Shown piece by piece: positions 1 through 12,008 of a stretch of DNA of 64,000 nucleotides. Below the pieces are notes generated by a model. That model saw only the letters and a program-made list of their open reading frames with translations. It made no database searches and was not told the DNA's origin. How positions within the stretch are numbered: position 1 is the stretch's first letter; the number at the start of each line of letters is the position of its first letter. The stretch comes from Mayamaea pseudoterrestris (Eukaryota), in contig BROI01000009.1 of assembly GCA_027923505.1 (NCBI GenBank), forward strand, positions 868,001 to 932,000, in the 5' to 3' direction. A program made the translations under genes and the position numbers.

Positions 1-549
1 CAGACATGGAAACTTCCCGATCCTACGGAAGATGAAACTCACATGCAGTACGTTCAGCGATGCTTGACACGAGCATTTGACGAGCGACCATTCTGGAAGC
101 TTGGTACTGGTATGCTGCAGAAGATTCTCTCGCCGCCGATAAAGAAGCGGACGGAAGCTTTGTATCTGGACATGACCAATCGGCGCCGTCGCAAGCAGGA
201 CGATGAAGTAAAAGACGCTTTGAATGCAGAAGAAAGCGACGGAGAAATTGGCGAGGAGGACGAAGTCGATGGAGAGGATGAAGAGTTGGACGGTGCTGGC
301 GATACTGAGGATGGAGAGGCTGGCAACGAAGAAACGCATCCAAAAGCAAACACTGCAGGAAAGTCAACTTTAGCGAGCAAAGCGGCCGTAAACAAGAAGA
401 AGGTTGTTCCCGTCAAAAAGACTATTCAACGGAAGAAGCGACCGGCTGCAGTGACCACCGACAAGTTGAATCAACCAAGGAAAGTCGGTGCGAAGAAGCG
501 CGGCAGAGGCGGTGCTACAGCTACTGGCGCTGCTAGCAGTAACAAGTAG
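1..549 (+). CDS. 3' end of a hypothetical protein (runs in from the left edge); acidic then basic, NLS-like low-complexity tail
   Basis: Frame is open from base 1 (QTWKLPDPTEDETHMQYVQR...) to TAG at 547-549, with E/D-rich and KKR-rich tracts. No family recognised. Confidence 0.7.
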   Translation, partial: QTWKLPDPTEDETHMQYVQRCLTRAFDERPFWKLGTGMLQKILSPPIKKRTEALYLDMTNRRRRKQDDEVKDALNAEESDGEIGEEDEVDGEDEELDGAGDTEDGEAGNEETHPKANTAGKSTLASKAAVNKKKVVPVKKTIQRKKRPAAVTTDKLNQPRKVGAKKRGRGGATATGAASSNK

Positions 550-674
550 TGACTACAATGCTGACGACATGAGGTTGCAGCATGCTATCTCAATAACTTT
601 TATCTACATGTGCAGAGGCATTAACTATTGTCATTATCTATTTCAATAAGTCAAGAGGGCTGGACGCTTACAAC

Positions 675-2170
675 TTAGAAACATTCCCATGCTTGTTCTT
701 CCGCTCGTCGATGGGCAAACGTCGTCGTCTCGCACGGATCGATGCTCCAGGTACTGAGTAGATCGCGAAAGTGTTGTGGCGACGATACATGTACGCTAGG
801 CTGATTGAGAAGAAACTGACTGATCCATTGAGAGGCTTCTTTTCCCACTTGAAGGAGCTCCCTTCGAAGCTCCACAAACTTGTCATCGCATATGTCAATA
901 GCATAGTGGAAATTCGGTCTCTCTTCTTTTTTCTTTTTGCCAACCAATTTAAGAAATATCTTTCTTAGTGTGCTTTCGTTGTCAACCGGCCGTAACGGTT
1001 TGTCGAGCTGCAGAAACTCTTTAAAATCGTGGGCAAACCGCCGAGCCAAGCCATTCTCCTTGACGAATGGCTGGCTAACCTCATACAAAAAGACCTGATT
1101 TCTCATATAAGCAGGCGGATATGGCATCGCAAATGCCTTTCGGGTGTTGGGCGATTGCATATCTGAGCCCGCACCATTTAGCAAAGCTTGCTCCTTTGGA
1201 TCGGTCACGTTTGTTTTCCCAAGCATTGCTAGATGATGATGGAACTGGACGCGATCTGGTAATTTTCGGCCAACCATTTGTTCCGCAGGTAGCATTACTG
1301 CCTCTCCGTCGGTAAAGTTTCTTCTCTTTTGACTTTGCCTAACCTGTTATGAAGAATGCAATTGTTGAGTGGGTGTTGGGTGTTGGATACGTAACATATG
1401 AACAAACTCGCTGTTTTAACACCATAACTCACGTTAAAGTTGTAATAAGATTCAAACCACTTGACTGGATGACGAAGCCCCACCACAAGTCTCGTGTCAG
1501 GCCAGTACTTGCGAAAGGCGCTCAGTGCAGGAGGACGACGGATATCATTGGGTGCCTTGTAGCCTCGGCGCTTGTTTGCATCGTAGGGGCCCAGCTCGTA
1601 CATTGATTTAACCATTTTTGCTGGACCTCTCGTCGCATCAAGCAAATGATGTATTTCTTGGTTGTAAATGAGTACTTGTGGATGTTCATACAGCCAATGT
1701 TTTATAAACGTTGTCGCAGTCTTGGCATGCCCTATAATAGCAAAATCCATAAGGTATTGAACATCGCTCGTTACATTCATAAAGTCGTCAGTAATCAATG
1801 AGGTCAGAGGAGTTTCCGACACTTGTGGGTGGTGCGAGTTGAGTTTAGTATGGCCAATGATGTATATCGCCGCCACACCCACAGCAAGCATTATGCTGAG
1901 CAAGCATCCGAAGAAATTCCACCGTGGTCTTTGGTGGAAAATCTTAGCGACTATACGAGCATGGAATGCTTTAGCAGCATCAGCATCAGCAGCATATTCC
2001 TCGTCGTCACTCGTTGGCCTAAGGAACCTCTGCCGCTCCTCACTATCGTCGGTCGCATCCCAGTCATCGCCGGCTTCCTCGTCTCTTGCATCATCTTCGG
2101 TGCTTTTTAATCCATGTCCGTCGATATTGGGATCAATTTTATCCACTGATATATTTGTTTTGGAATTCAT
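675..2170 (-). CDS. Type II membrane sulfotransferase-like (P-loop) protein; exons 2170-1433 and 1343-675
   Basis: TM helix (FFGCLLSIMLAVGVAAIYII), PAPS-loop-like DFAIIGHAKTATT and LVVGLRHPVKWFESYYNF motifs. A GTGAGT..CAG intron at 1432-1344 joins the two ORFs in frame (YNFN|VRQSQ...MLPAEQ). Confidence 0.8.
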
Positions 2171-2469
2171 GGTTCAGCTATAGCCTGCATCAGCTTTGAA
2201 CTTGGAGCAGCACAGGAGGTTCGCGATGGTTGGCGGCCACAAAACGTGGATCGCTAGAACGGGTATTTACCCGCCCCAAGCCGGCTTGCTCGTCAGCGTG
2301 CCGGACAATTTAGCCAATGAGAGGCAGCCATCCGTTCGTGCACCTCAACTTTCCACCATGACGACTTGATGACTGCATTGGTCGGCTTTTCAAGTACTTG
2401 TGCAGCAATTGAATCATCACTACTGATTCATACAATCTACTAACCTGAAAGCTGACAAATTATCACGCA

Positions 2470-3393
2470 ATGAAGTCACGGTATTCACAATCAGCAGTGC
2501 TTTCTCGCCGAGTGGGTGAACTTCGTCGAAACGTCCTTCGGCTCATGCGTGGATTCGTATTAATCATGGCCGTGCTGATTGTATATCAAAGAACCAGTGC
2601 ATCAAGTAGAATCATGTTTGAGAACCAGATACGACAGCCTTTGCCAGTATCCATACACTTGATTTCGGAACGTCATTGCGGCAGCAAGTGGATCACAGCT
2701 CACCTAAATGAATGCTTTGGGCAACTCCCTGGCATTCACATTCGATCAGGGTTGACAAGATGGAAGCACTGGTTCCAGGAAGATAGACAAGGCTACGTTG
2801 CCAAGCGTGTCTTTGTTGTGACTCAGTTTCGGCACGTCCATCAGTGGGTTGCTGCAATGAACTACCTGCCCTACCATTCCCCGATGCATTACAATAAAAC
2901 ATGGCATGAGTTTGTGACAAAAAAGTGGGATATGCCCAGGCGAGGACAAGATTTGGACTCACTAAGTACGAATACGACGTGCCAGGAGCGCTTTTTACCA
3001 AACCAGGTGACGCCATGTTTAGAGAACGCTCCCATTGAAGTCTTGCCTGGTACAATGGTGAGACCCCTTTATGAACTGCGAAGTGACGGATCTGCCCGAC
3101 CATATGACAATATACTCCAACTCCGAAGTGATAAGATTAAGAATTTTCTCAGCATACGCAACTTTGAACGCGTTGTGGGCTTTGCGGCGGTGCGTTATGA
3201 AGACATGGTTGAGCAAGGGACGGCGTCGCTGCTGCAAAGCATTGAAAGGCAAACGGGCATCAAGCCAATGTGCCAGCCAGTGCCCCCGTCGACTCTCAAA
3301 CGTCGACAAATGCCAGATGAGTACTATGCTTACATGAAGGAGCATGTGGATTGGAAGACGGAAGCACTGATCGGTTACACTCCTGATAATTAA
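2470..3393 (+). CDS. Type II membrane protein with a sulfotransferase-like fold (family distinct from the neighbouring gene)
   Basis: 307-aa ORF with an N-terminal TM (GFVLIMAVLIVY), SERHCGSKWI P-loop-like motif and VRYEDM motif typical of sulfotransferase-like domains. Confidence 0.6.
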   Translation: MKSRYSQSAVLSRRVGELRRNVLRLMRGFVLIMAVLIVYQRTSASSRIMFENQIRQPLPVSIHLISERHCGSKWITAHLNECFGQLPGIHIRSGLTRWKHWFQEDRQGYVAKRVFVVTQFRHVHQWVAAMNYLPYHSPMHYNKTWHEFVTKKWDMPRRGQDLDSLSTNTTCQERFLPNQVTPCLENAPIEVLPGTMVRPLYELRSDGSARPYDNILQLRSDKIKNFLSIRNFERVVGFAAVRYEDMVEQGTASLLQSIERQTGIKPMCQPVPPSTLKRRQMPDEYYAYMKEHVDWKTEALIGYTPDN

Positions 3394-3743
3394 ACATAAC
3401 CTTTACCGGTACATCTATGCGACAAAGTAAGCTGGATTTCATAACCAACATTTTGCGTCAAAGTCACTCTCGGGGTTTCAAGAGCTGGTTGATACCTCAC
3501 CAGCATAGTGCTTAATCGGCAACAACTAACTCTTTCGGATGTCGCATAATGTTGAGTGCCGCACGGACACATATTGCCGAGCCGAGCCGCGCCACAATTT
3601 CGTTTGTGCCGCATAAAAGCGCCTCGTTGAGCCTTTCGATCTTACATACAAAGCCTCCTACCTCCACATCTCTACTCTAGCTAACTCAATCGTACCCTTG
3701 ATTGATCTTACCAAGAAATATCTAAATAGAATCGGTTCCGGCA

Positions 3744-4579
3744 ATGAGTTTGCCCACCGCAGCGAGAAGCGTTCAAGCAAGAACTCTGATGTTTCTTTGG
3801 CTGGCCCAGTTTCTTTCGAGGTGCCAAGCGTTACCTACCATTCTAGTGGATTCGGCCAAACCACATTGTTTCAACGTGGAGGCTGCGCAGGATACAGTGA
3901 TTCGCGTACTTTATCAAGCGCCAGGTGGGTGTAGAAAAGCGATGCTGCTTGAAGATTTTTCATCGCGTCTCCTTTTCACGATTCAGTAATGCGCACATCA
4001 CACTCATTGAAATACTCTCTTTCTTTGTTTAAAGACATAATACTTGACAAACACGCTGAACATTACAGTCCGACGCATCTATCAATCGACGTACGCCCAG
4101 CTTTGCGCGTGACGGATTCTAAACTACACACTGCTCCCATTCTCAATCGCCTGAAACCGACGCACTCGCTTCTGGACGCCACGGAGGGAAGCGTTGAGCA
4201 TTCATTCGAAGTGGACGGCAAAGCAAGTGTGTGCATTAAAGCGGGTGGAGCGACGCGCGAAAAGCCAATGCGATTTGGGTTGGGAGTTGAAACAAAACGA
4301 AGGAACGCAATAGCAAAGCTTGCGGAAACAACCAGTGACGTGGATAAGCATTTGTCACACATGGAGATTGAGCTACAAAGGATTGGTGATGAAATGAAGA
4401 CGATTTTAAAAGAGGCAGATTTCAGCAAGGAACGCGACGCCATTTTCCACCAGCAAACCCAAAGCATGCACTCGGCTGCTATTTTCTGGCCCATTGTCAA
4501 GGTGTGTGTACTGCTCATGACGGGTTTTACGCAGGCTAGCCACATAGTGCGATTCTTTCAGAGTAGAAGAATTATATAA
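3744..4579 (+). CDS. p24/emp24 (GOLD domain) ER-Golgi cargo receptor; exons 3744-3924 and 4035-4579
   Basis: Signal peptide, PHCF..E GOLD start, second Cys (SVCI), coiled coil, C-terminal TM and FFQSRRII tail. GT..AG intron at 3925-4034 keeps the frame (QAP-D-IILDK). Confidence 0.85.
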
Positions 4580-4910
4580 ACAGAAGAAAGCTGTGGATGT
4601 TATGATTACATGTTACCGTCAGAGGTACAAAGGCGGCGGTCTTACCGACGTCGCGCCTCCGCTGCTGTACGAAGAAGTCACGACACGACACGTAAGGGTT
4701 ATAGCATTGCTTTAGATTGGTTAACAGTTCCTATATTACCGAGTCGGAGCAGATTGTTCTTGTAGAAGTTTCATGATTGTTGCATCTGATTGGTTGCAAA
4801 TGTGGGCGGAATTCCAAGTTTGTGCCCTGTCGATGTGAATATCTGTAGCTGTAATTTGCGCATACTCAAGAGTCTCACTGTCAATATTGTTTCCGGGGAT
4901 AATGCGTGCA

Positions 4911-5813
4911 TTAGTACCCAGTTCCGCGAGCCTTCTTCTTTTCAATTACCATCTTGACAGTGTCTTCCTCGTACTTCTTTTTGAATGCCGCAAAACCAAT
5001 CTCATCGCCACTACCATACGCAAGTCTCGCCGCTGCGTCGTAAGGAATGGATATATCGGTGTCTGCCGATGACGTAACGGAAGCAGGAGCTGCCGCGGGA
5101 GCAGCAGGAGTTGGTGCCACAGGCGGCTGTGTACCCGTTTCATCCTTCCTCCCACTGCGTACGACAAAGGCCCCAATGGCGGCCACGGCGAGGACACCGA
5201 GTCCAATCGGAAGCAACTCCATTGGGAGCTGTATTGTATTGTGTGAAACAAAGATTGTGAGACTTAGTCATCGTCTTAATTCATTCCATGGCGTTAAACT
5301 TACTCCATTCGCCAAAACAGGAGCCGAGCTGGAAACATCAGGCAATGAAGCTGCCTTCGCCGAGGCAACAACGTCTAGAACATTAATGGATTGCACAGCA
5401 TTTGGAATGGCTGGCACTCTTTCACTCAACAGCGACTCGACTGGAGCGGGAGCTACCGCTGATGACGCAACTTTGCTGACCACGCTCTCCAACGATGGCG
5501 ATGCATCGACATTGCCAGACGTAAATGCTGGAATGTCCAGCGAGTCAGGGAGTGCGGCGATCGAGGTCTACCGGTAGAATGATTTAGAAATGAGCAAAAA
5601 CATCGTGAGCAAGCCTATTTGGACCAAGCGAATAGCTACGACGCCAAAGATCGTTGCCAACTTGAGGTGGTATCTTTCGCAGATTGTCAGCTATGCGACG
5701 CAAATATGACTCACCTTTTTCACAAAGCTTCTCGATTCGGTCATGAACGCATTTGCACTCGTTAGCGACAATGCGATGGCAAAGGGAACGACAAAAGAGC
5801 GGCTGTATATCAT
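4911..5813 (-). CDS. Plastid-targeted single-TM protein of unknown function; exons 5813-5715, 5567-5304 and 5228-4911
   Basis: Signal peptide ending SANA-F (ASAFAP-like) followed by a transit peptide. Two GT-AG introns join the exons in frame. TM helix (IGLGVLAVAAIGAFVV), Ala/Pro linker and a C-terminal DISIPYDAAARLAY motif. Confidence 0.7.
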
Positions 5814-5978
5814 GGCTATCCTGCAACGAAAGAAAAAATGAAAGGAAAACGATTCCGATCTTTTGTGTCGTGCTCGGCACGCGCGACGCAACAACAAACT
5901 TGAACCTTTTCTTTTTAGCACTAACGGTGCGACACAAGGAGTGCTGCATTGGATGGTCGCATCATCCATTGCTCGACC

Positions 5979-6924
5979 ATGGAAGGAACATTCGGTAATG
6001 CTCCGAGTAAGGAGAACCTGCATCAGGCCAAAAACATGGACGACATGCAAGAGGAGACGAAAGCGTCATCAACGAAAGAAACTGAAGATAATATAGTTGA
6101 TGAAGCACTTGTAGTTGATCCGGTTGTTCTTGCGGATCTTGCGACCGCTCCAAAACCAAATGACAAAAATGATCTGACGACACCAGCTACAATCCTTTCT
6201 CGGCCAGCCAAGCGTGCGCGCACAGCCTATTTCCTGTTTGGTGAAGAAAAGAGAAAGCAAGTCCAGGAAGAGGTATGTTATTGTGCAGCAAAATCGCTCG
6301 TCAATGTCCTGTGATTCCTCAATAAAAAAAATTCACATACAGCTGCCGGGCCAAGGCGTTGCTGCAGTTGCCAAACGACTTGGTGCACTCTGGTCTCAAC
6401 TGACAGATGAGGAAAAGAAGGTCTATCAAGAGAAAGCTCAAGTCGAAAAGGACCGCCTCGTCGAGGAGCTTCAAGCCTGGAAGGACGCTGGCGGCGAACT
6501 GGTGGAGGAGGAATTGCTGCCAGGCAATAGTAACAGCAGCAGTAACGGTGGACTGATATTTCCGGTTGCACGCATTCGTAAGATTTGCAAACTAGATCCA
6601 GATGTTCGTGGCTTGAGCAAGGAAGCCATCATGCTGGTGACCAAGGCGGCCGAAGAGTTCTGCGCCAAAATCGGGACGGAGACGATGCGCGTCGCCTCTG
6701 TTCAAAACCGTCGCAAATTGCAGGCTGGTGATGTTGCTCAAGTATGTGCGAGTCGAGAGCAATTTATGTTTCTCCGCGAAGACTTGAATGATTTGAGTCG
6801 ACAACAGACTAAGGAAAAGGCGCTAGAAAAGGCCGACTTGAAGAGCCAACAAACGGCAACGAACAAGCCACCTCCCTTTTCTGGCAAGCCACTGACCTCT
6901 TATTTCGGGGTTAAATCAAAGTAA
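5979..6924 (+). CDS. HMG-box plus histone-fold (CHRAC15/DPB3/NF-YC-like) chromatin protein; exons 5979-6272 and 6343-6924
   Basis: HMG box (PAKRARTAYFLF...VAKRLGALWSQLTDEEKKVY) split by an intron at 6273-6342, followed by a histone fold (FPVARIRKICKLDPDV...SKEAIMLVTKAAEEF...QFMFLRE). Confidence 0.85.
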
Positions 6925-7236
6925 TAGAACCATCACAATTTGTCTCTAGCCTATGGGTAAAAGCAAGCGCCTTGCCATGTACGACGTAGTGCGACGTATG
7001 ATAGCGAACGATGATGCGACACGTGGAAACCGTCGGACCACGACTGGATCTTTCAGACGTGCTACTTCTGGGCGCTTGCTTTTAGGCGATCTTGATTAGC
7101 TCCTCTACGAAAATTCGGTTCATGTCGATCGCAAGCGAGTGCATGGCGAGAATCGAAGAGTTGCCTGTCGCAATTGCGAACCTCCACAATTCCACAAACA
7201 CAAAGACAAACGAAGATATCATACAACGCATTCACC

Positions 7237-10055
7237 ATGACGGAACGAACTCTTACGGACGCAACAAGCAAGGCAATTAATGATGCCTTGATGATTGCTC
7301 GAGACAATGGCAATTCGCTTGCCGAACCCATTCACTTGGCAGCAGCTCTCTTTCAAAACGACGATTCCATTGGTTCGAGAGTCTGTAGCCGAACCGACGG
7401 CGTGGACGTTCACGTTGTCAAGAGAAACATTCAAGCGGCCCTCCTGAAGAAACCATCCCAGCAACCTGCTCCGCTGGAAGCCTCACCGTCGACTGGACTC
7501 TCGCAGCTTTTTCAGCGCGCCACCAAGGCGGCCAAGGCCAATGGTGATGCTCTCGTTGCGCTGGATCATTTGCTCATGGCGCTCTACGATGATCGCGAAG
7601 CCAAGGATGCGCTGGCTGGTGGAGGATTGACGAAGAAGGTGGCGCAGACTGCGGTTGATTCGCTTCGTGGAAGCCGTAAGATTACGTCGGCATCGGCCGA
7701 AGAGAATTATCAAGCGCTTGACAAATATGGTATAGACCTTGTCAAGCTTGCGGAGGAAGGCAAACTTGACCCGGTGATCGGACGAGACGAAGAGATTCGC
7801 CGATTGGTTCAGATTCTTTCGCGGCGTACAAAGAATAATCCTTGCCTTTGTGGATATCCAGGTACTGGCAAGACATCAATTGTTGAGGGATTGGCTCGTC
7901 GGATTGTTGAGGGCGACGTTCCTGAGACATTAAAGGGCTGCCAGTTGCGAACTTTGGACATTGGAGCATTGGTTGCCGGTGCCAAATACCAGGGTGAATT
8001 TGAGGAGCGTTTGAAGGCGGTGCTAGAAGAAGTAAAGGTACGTTGCGTTTGGTTGTCTATTTCTGGCTGTCATGATCTGTGTCGCAAATGCCTTATATCC
8101 ACTCACACACTACTTGCCTACTTACTCCATTTCAGAACGCGAATGGCCACATCATCCTATTCGTAGACGAGCTTCACATGCTCGTTGGGGCTGGACGGAC
8201 GGACGGAGCAATGGATGCGGCGAACCTTATCAAGCCCATGCTTGCGAAGGGAGAGCTTCGCATGATTGGCGCGACGACGTTGGAAGAGTACCGCAAGTAC
8301 ATTGAAAAAGATGCCGCGTTCGAACGTCGCTTCCAGCAGGTGACCGTTGCCGAGCCAAGCGTTGCCGATACTATTTCGATGCTTCGAGGACTTTCGGATC
8401 GCTACGAAGCTCATCACGGTGTACGCATCACTGACGCTGCACTTGTTGCAGCAGCCCAACTTAGTGATCGCTACATTACGCACCGTTACAACCCTGACAA
8501 GAGTATTGATCTGATTGACGAGGCGGCTGCTCGCAAGCGTACTACTCTTGACAGTCGTCCTGAGCGAATTGACCAATTGGAACGTCAAATTTTGCAACTT
8601 GAAATTGAGTCGCATGCTTTGGCTCGCGAGTCTGATAAGGAGTCCAAGAAGCGGTTGAAAGTCATCAAGGAGGAAATCATCAACTTGAAGGAGGAACTTG
8701 CGCCGTTGAATGAAAAGTGGCAAGCATTTCGTGGCAAGGCGGACGAATTGAAGACTGTCAAAGAGAAGCTCACCAGTCTCGAGGCCAAGGCAGCTGCAGC
8801 GGAACGAAGCGGCAATTACGAGCTTGCTGCTGACCTTCGCTATGGTGCCATTCCGGACTTGCGTGCCCACCTTGCGCGAATGGAGCTTGAAGAGGAAGAT
8901 CGCAAGACGAATGCACGTGGGGATGATCAGTCTTTAGTTTCGGAGACTGTTACAGAAGTTGACATTGCTGAGGTCATCTCTCGCTGGACAGGAATCCCTG
9001 TCACTCGACTAAACCAGACGGAGCGAGAGCGTTTATTGAAGCTTGCCGACCGACTTAAAGAGCGTGTTATTGGCCAAGATGACGCCATTCAGCAAGTGAC
9101 GGACGCAATCATGCGTTCAAAGGCGGGGCTTTCTCGACCATCGCAACCCACGGGAACCTTTATGTTCTTGGGACCAACGGGTGTTGGGAAGACGGAGCTG
9201 GCCAAGGCGCTCTTTTCGCACTTATACGACGGCGACGAGCGACAACTTGTACGAATTGACATGTCAGAATATACTGAACAGCATTCGGTGGCGCGGTTGG
9301 TAGGATCTCCTCCCGGATACATTGGCCACGATGAGGGTGGCCAGCTCACAGAGGCAGTCCGCCGAAAACCTTACACCGTTGTACTCTTTGATGAGATTGA
9401 AAAGGCGCATCCACGAGTCTTGACTCTCCTCCTTCAGATCTTGGACGAAGGTCGCCTCACTGACAGCAAGGGCAGGACTGTGGATTTTACGAACTCAGTG
9501 GTCATACTCACAAGCAACGTGGGCGCTGAATACTTGCTCCACACTTCGGGGGATTTGAAGCAGAAAGAACTTGCCGATGAACTTGTTTTGAAGGAGCTGC
9601 AGGCTCGGTTTCCACCGGAGTTCTTGAACCGGCTTTCGTCCATTATCATGTTCAACTCATTGGGCATGCCGCAGCTGGAAAAAATCGTTCAGAAGGCGAT
9701 TGGCAACGTCCGTAAGCGCTTAGAGGCACAGGGTGTTCGCGTGGTTTTGGAATCCAGTGGTGCAAAGGCCATCCTCGCCGCGTCGTACAATCCTGATTAC
9801 GGCGCCCGACCAGTGGAACGCTACTTGGAATCGACTGTTGTCACGGCGTTGAGTAAGATGTTGATTGCGGGAGAGTTGCCAAGTGGGTCGATTGTGACTA
9901 TCGACGCAACGGCTGGGGAGGACGAGTCGTACGACGATTTGGGCGAACCGCTGCAGAAAAAGGCGAGACTTCGTTACCGCGTAGAGAAGTTGTCAGTGCC
10001 AAAAGATGCCGACGAACATGATGTGCATCATGATTGGGAGCACATGGAGGGATAA
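7237..10055 (+). CDS. HSP101: Cytosolic HSP101/ClpB disaggregase (two AAA+ domains); exons 7237-8037 and 8136-10055
   Basis: [15 protein letters not shown], Walker A GYPGTGKT and GPTGVGKT, Walker B LFVDE and LFDEIEKAH, middle coiled coil. No targeting peptide. In-frame intron at 8038-8135. Confidence 0.95.
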
Positions 10056-10360
10056 GTTCCTCGTACTTGAGGAAAGATTGCATCTGATACATTGACTTGC
10101 GAGATAAAATCATTTTAATATACAATATTATCCCCTTTGTCTATTTCAAGTCGCGTAGTGTGCTACGAAAGGAGTTTAAAAGGTTGCAAAAGTACAGTAC
10201 GGAGGTATGTACGATACTCTTACGTCGTCGTAGGCAAACTCGCCGATTGAAATGAAAACCATTCCGACGCATTTGATGAGTCAGTCGATGTCATCCGTCG
10301 TTTTTGTTCTTTCACCCACCATGGCGCTTCACCATCATGCAATACATTACCCCGTGAACA

Positions 10361-11044
10361 ATGCATGCCATAATCCTTATAAAAGTACTCCTGCTGACTC
10401 TGGTGGCCAGATTGTCCAAAGGCTTTACAATAGCTTCGAATCAACGAGCATCTACGCAGCGCATTCCTTCATCTCGACGTCTCGCTCCTTCCTCATCAGA
10501 GGCCTCGTCGACTTCGACAACAAACACTGCAGTTCCCGTAGATACCAAGAAGGAAGCTGTAAAAATATTTGGTCGCTTGGCAGAGAAGTATATCATGTTG
10601 GATGCATTGGCGGGACAGTGTTGTTACAGTGGCTGCAGCGACTGCGAATTCAGACTGCCCGGCGGCGGCTATCGAATGGCTGATCAGTCGTCGGCGCGAC
10701 CGAAGTGGATTCCCAACTACAGTATGCGCGAGGCGAACGGTAAGAAACACGAAACAAAGTGGGCTATAGGTCTCTTCCCTCATGGTGACGAAAAGTTGAA
10801 CATGGGCCAGTTCGTCCAACGGATACGCGGCATTGCCTATGCACCGCCTTTGGGTGGCCCTTCCGTGAGTGCATCGGATGCGACAATTGAAAACAATGAC
10901 ACAGCCGAAGCTTTCTTTGTGCTTCTTGTTGGGGGTGAGGAAAAACTGCTGTCAAAGAAGAAATTTAGCAAGCGTTTAAAGCAACTCGCAAATGGCGAGG
11001 AAGGGTTGACGTATGCTGCTTTCCAAATTGCACTTGGACTCTGA
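10361..11044 (+). CDS. Probable plastid-targeted protein with a CCxSGCxxC motif (oxidoreductase-like N-terminal type)
   Basis: Hydrophobic signal ending SKG-F, Ser/Arg-rich transit-like region, then CCYSGCSDC. Confidence 0.65.
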   Translation: MHAIILIKVLLLTLVARLSKGFTIASNQRASTQRIPSSRRLAPSSSEASSTSTTNTAVPVDTKKEAVKIFGRLAEKYIMLDALAGQCCYSGCSDCEFRLPGGGYRMADQSSARPKWIPNYSMREANGKKHETKWAIGLFPHGDEKLNMGQFVQRIRGIAYAPPLGGPSVSASDATIENNDTAEAFFVLLVGGEEKLLSKKKFSKRLKQLANGEEGLTYAAFQIALGL

Positions 11045-11108
11045 ATAATCACCTGCCATATTAAAACAGTTTGTATAACTATATAATGTAGATAAAATTC
11101 CTTAATCA

Positions 11109-12008
11109 CTATTCCTCTTCGTTCCATGTCTTGCCGCATTTTTGACACTGATATCGCATGACCACTTCGTCTCGACTTCCAGATCCCCATATTTCGCCCT
11201 TTCTCGACTCCTCATTGCGCGCCGTTCCGCTCGAGAGACAAACAACATCATTGCTTCCGCAACTGCCACAAACAACATTCACAGTAGTCTCTAAGAAGGA
11301 CAATGTCTCTCCGTCGCCGTCTGCTTCGTCACGTGTGATGGCAGATGTCGGTTTGTGTGCAGCGTCTTCCATGACATTCCATATGGACTTGCGGGTTGGT
11401 TTTCGTCGCTGCGTGTGACTCGTCGAACTCATCATCTTACGTGTATCATTCTTCGCAGCATGTTCCATGCGACGCTGGAGCGCTGCTTGCTTTTGTTGCT
11501 GAAGATGTTGGGTTCGAAGCAACCGCTCGGGGAGAGGAATACTTTCGATGAAACCACCGCCTTTTGTGCCTGCGTCGCTCGCATGCACTGAGGGAGGTCT
11601 TTGAAGCCTCTTCGTGGAAGTTGAAGGCGCCTTGTGCAACTTGCCTATGATTGCAAGTGGATCATGTGCCGTGGCTTGAAATGATCGTGCAGCTTCCTCA
11701 GAAAGCTCTTGTTTAACTTCGACAAAGACGTCGGCAAAAAGAGACTGCATAGTAGGAAGTTGTTTTTCTAATTCCGAATCGTTCATAATTGTTACATCTT
11801 CAGGTTTGGAATGCACCGCACTGGTCGTATAGTAGTGAAGTAAGCAGAGTCGTTGCTGCCGAGACGGCTTGTTTCTATCGCTGGGAATGCTCACCAAAAT
11901 GGCTGCCTTTTCTTTTTCGCAGTATGAGCAGCTCTTTCCTGAATCAGCTGTTTGTTCCTGCCATGGAGATGGTCGCTTTCGGTTGCGTCCTCTCGTTGCA
12001 GCTTCCAT
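11109..12008 (-). CDS. Hypothetical nuclear protein with an N-terminal CxxC..CxxH motif and a C-terminal TFIIS-type zinc ribbon
   Basis: 299-aa ORF with CSYC...CLLHY near the N-terminus and CGSCGS...RDE...YQCQKCGKTW at the C-terminus. Confidence 0.65.
   Translation of the reverse strand: MEAATRGRNRKRPSPWQEQTADSGKSCSYCEKEKAAILVSIPSDRNKPSRQQRLCLLHYYTTSAVHSKPEDVTIMNDSELEKQLPTMQSLFADVFVEVKQELSEEAARSFQATAHDPLAIIGKLHKAPSTSTKRLQRPPSVHASDAGTKGGGFIESIPLPERLLRTQHLQQQKQAALQRRMEHAAKNDTRKMMSSTSHTQRRKPTRKSIWNVMEDAAHKPTSAITRDEADGDGETLSFLETTVNVVCGSCGSNDVVCLSSGTARNEESRKGEIWGSGSRDEVVMRYQCQKCGKTWNEEE

Noticed and set aside
6930..7236. Heat-shock elements upstream of HSP101
   Set aside because: No clean run of alternating nGAAn units was found. 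Scattered ACGT cores are too short to call.
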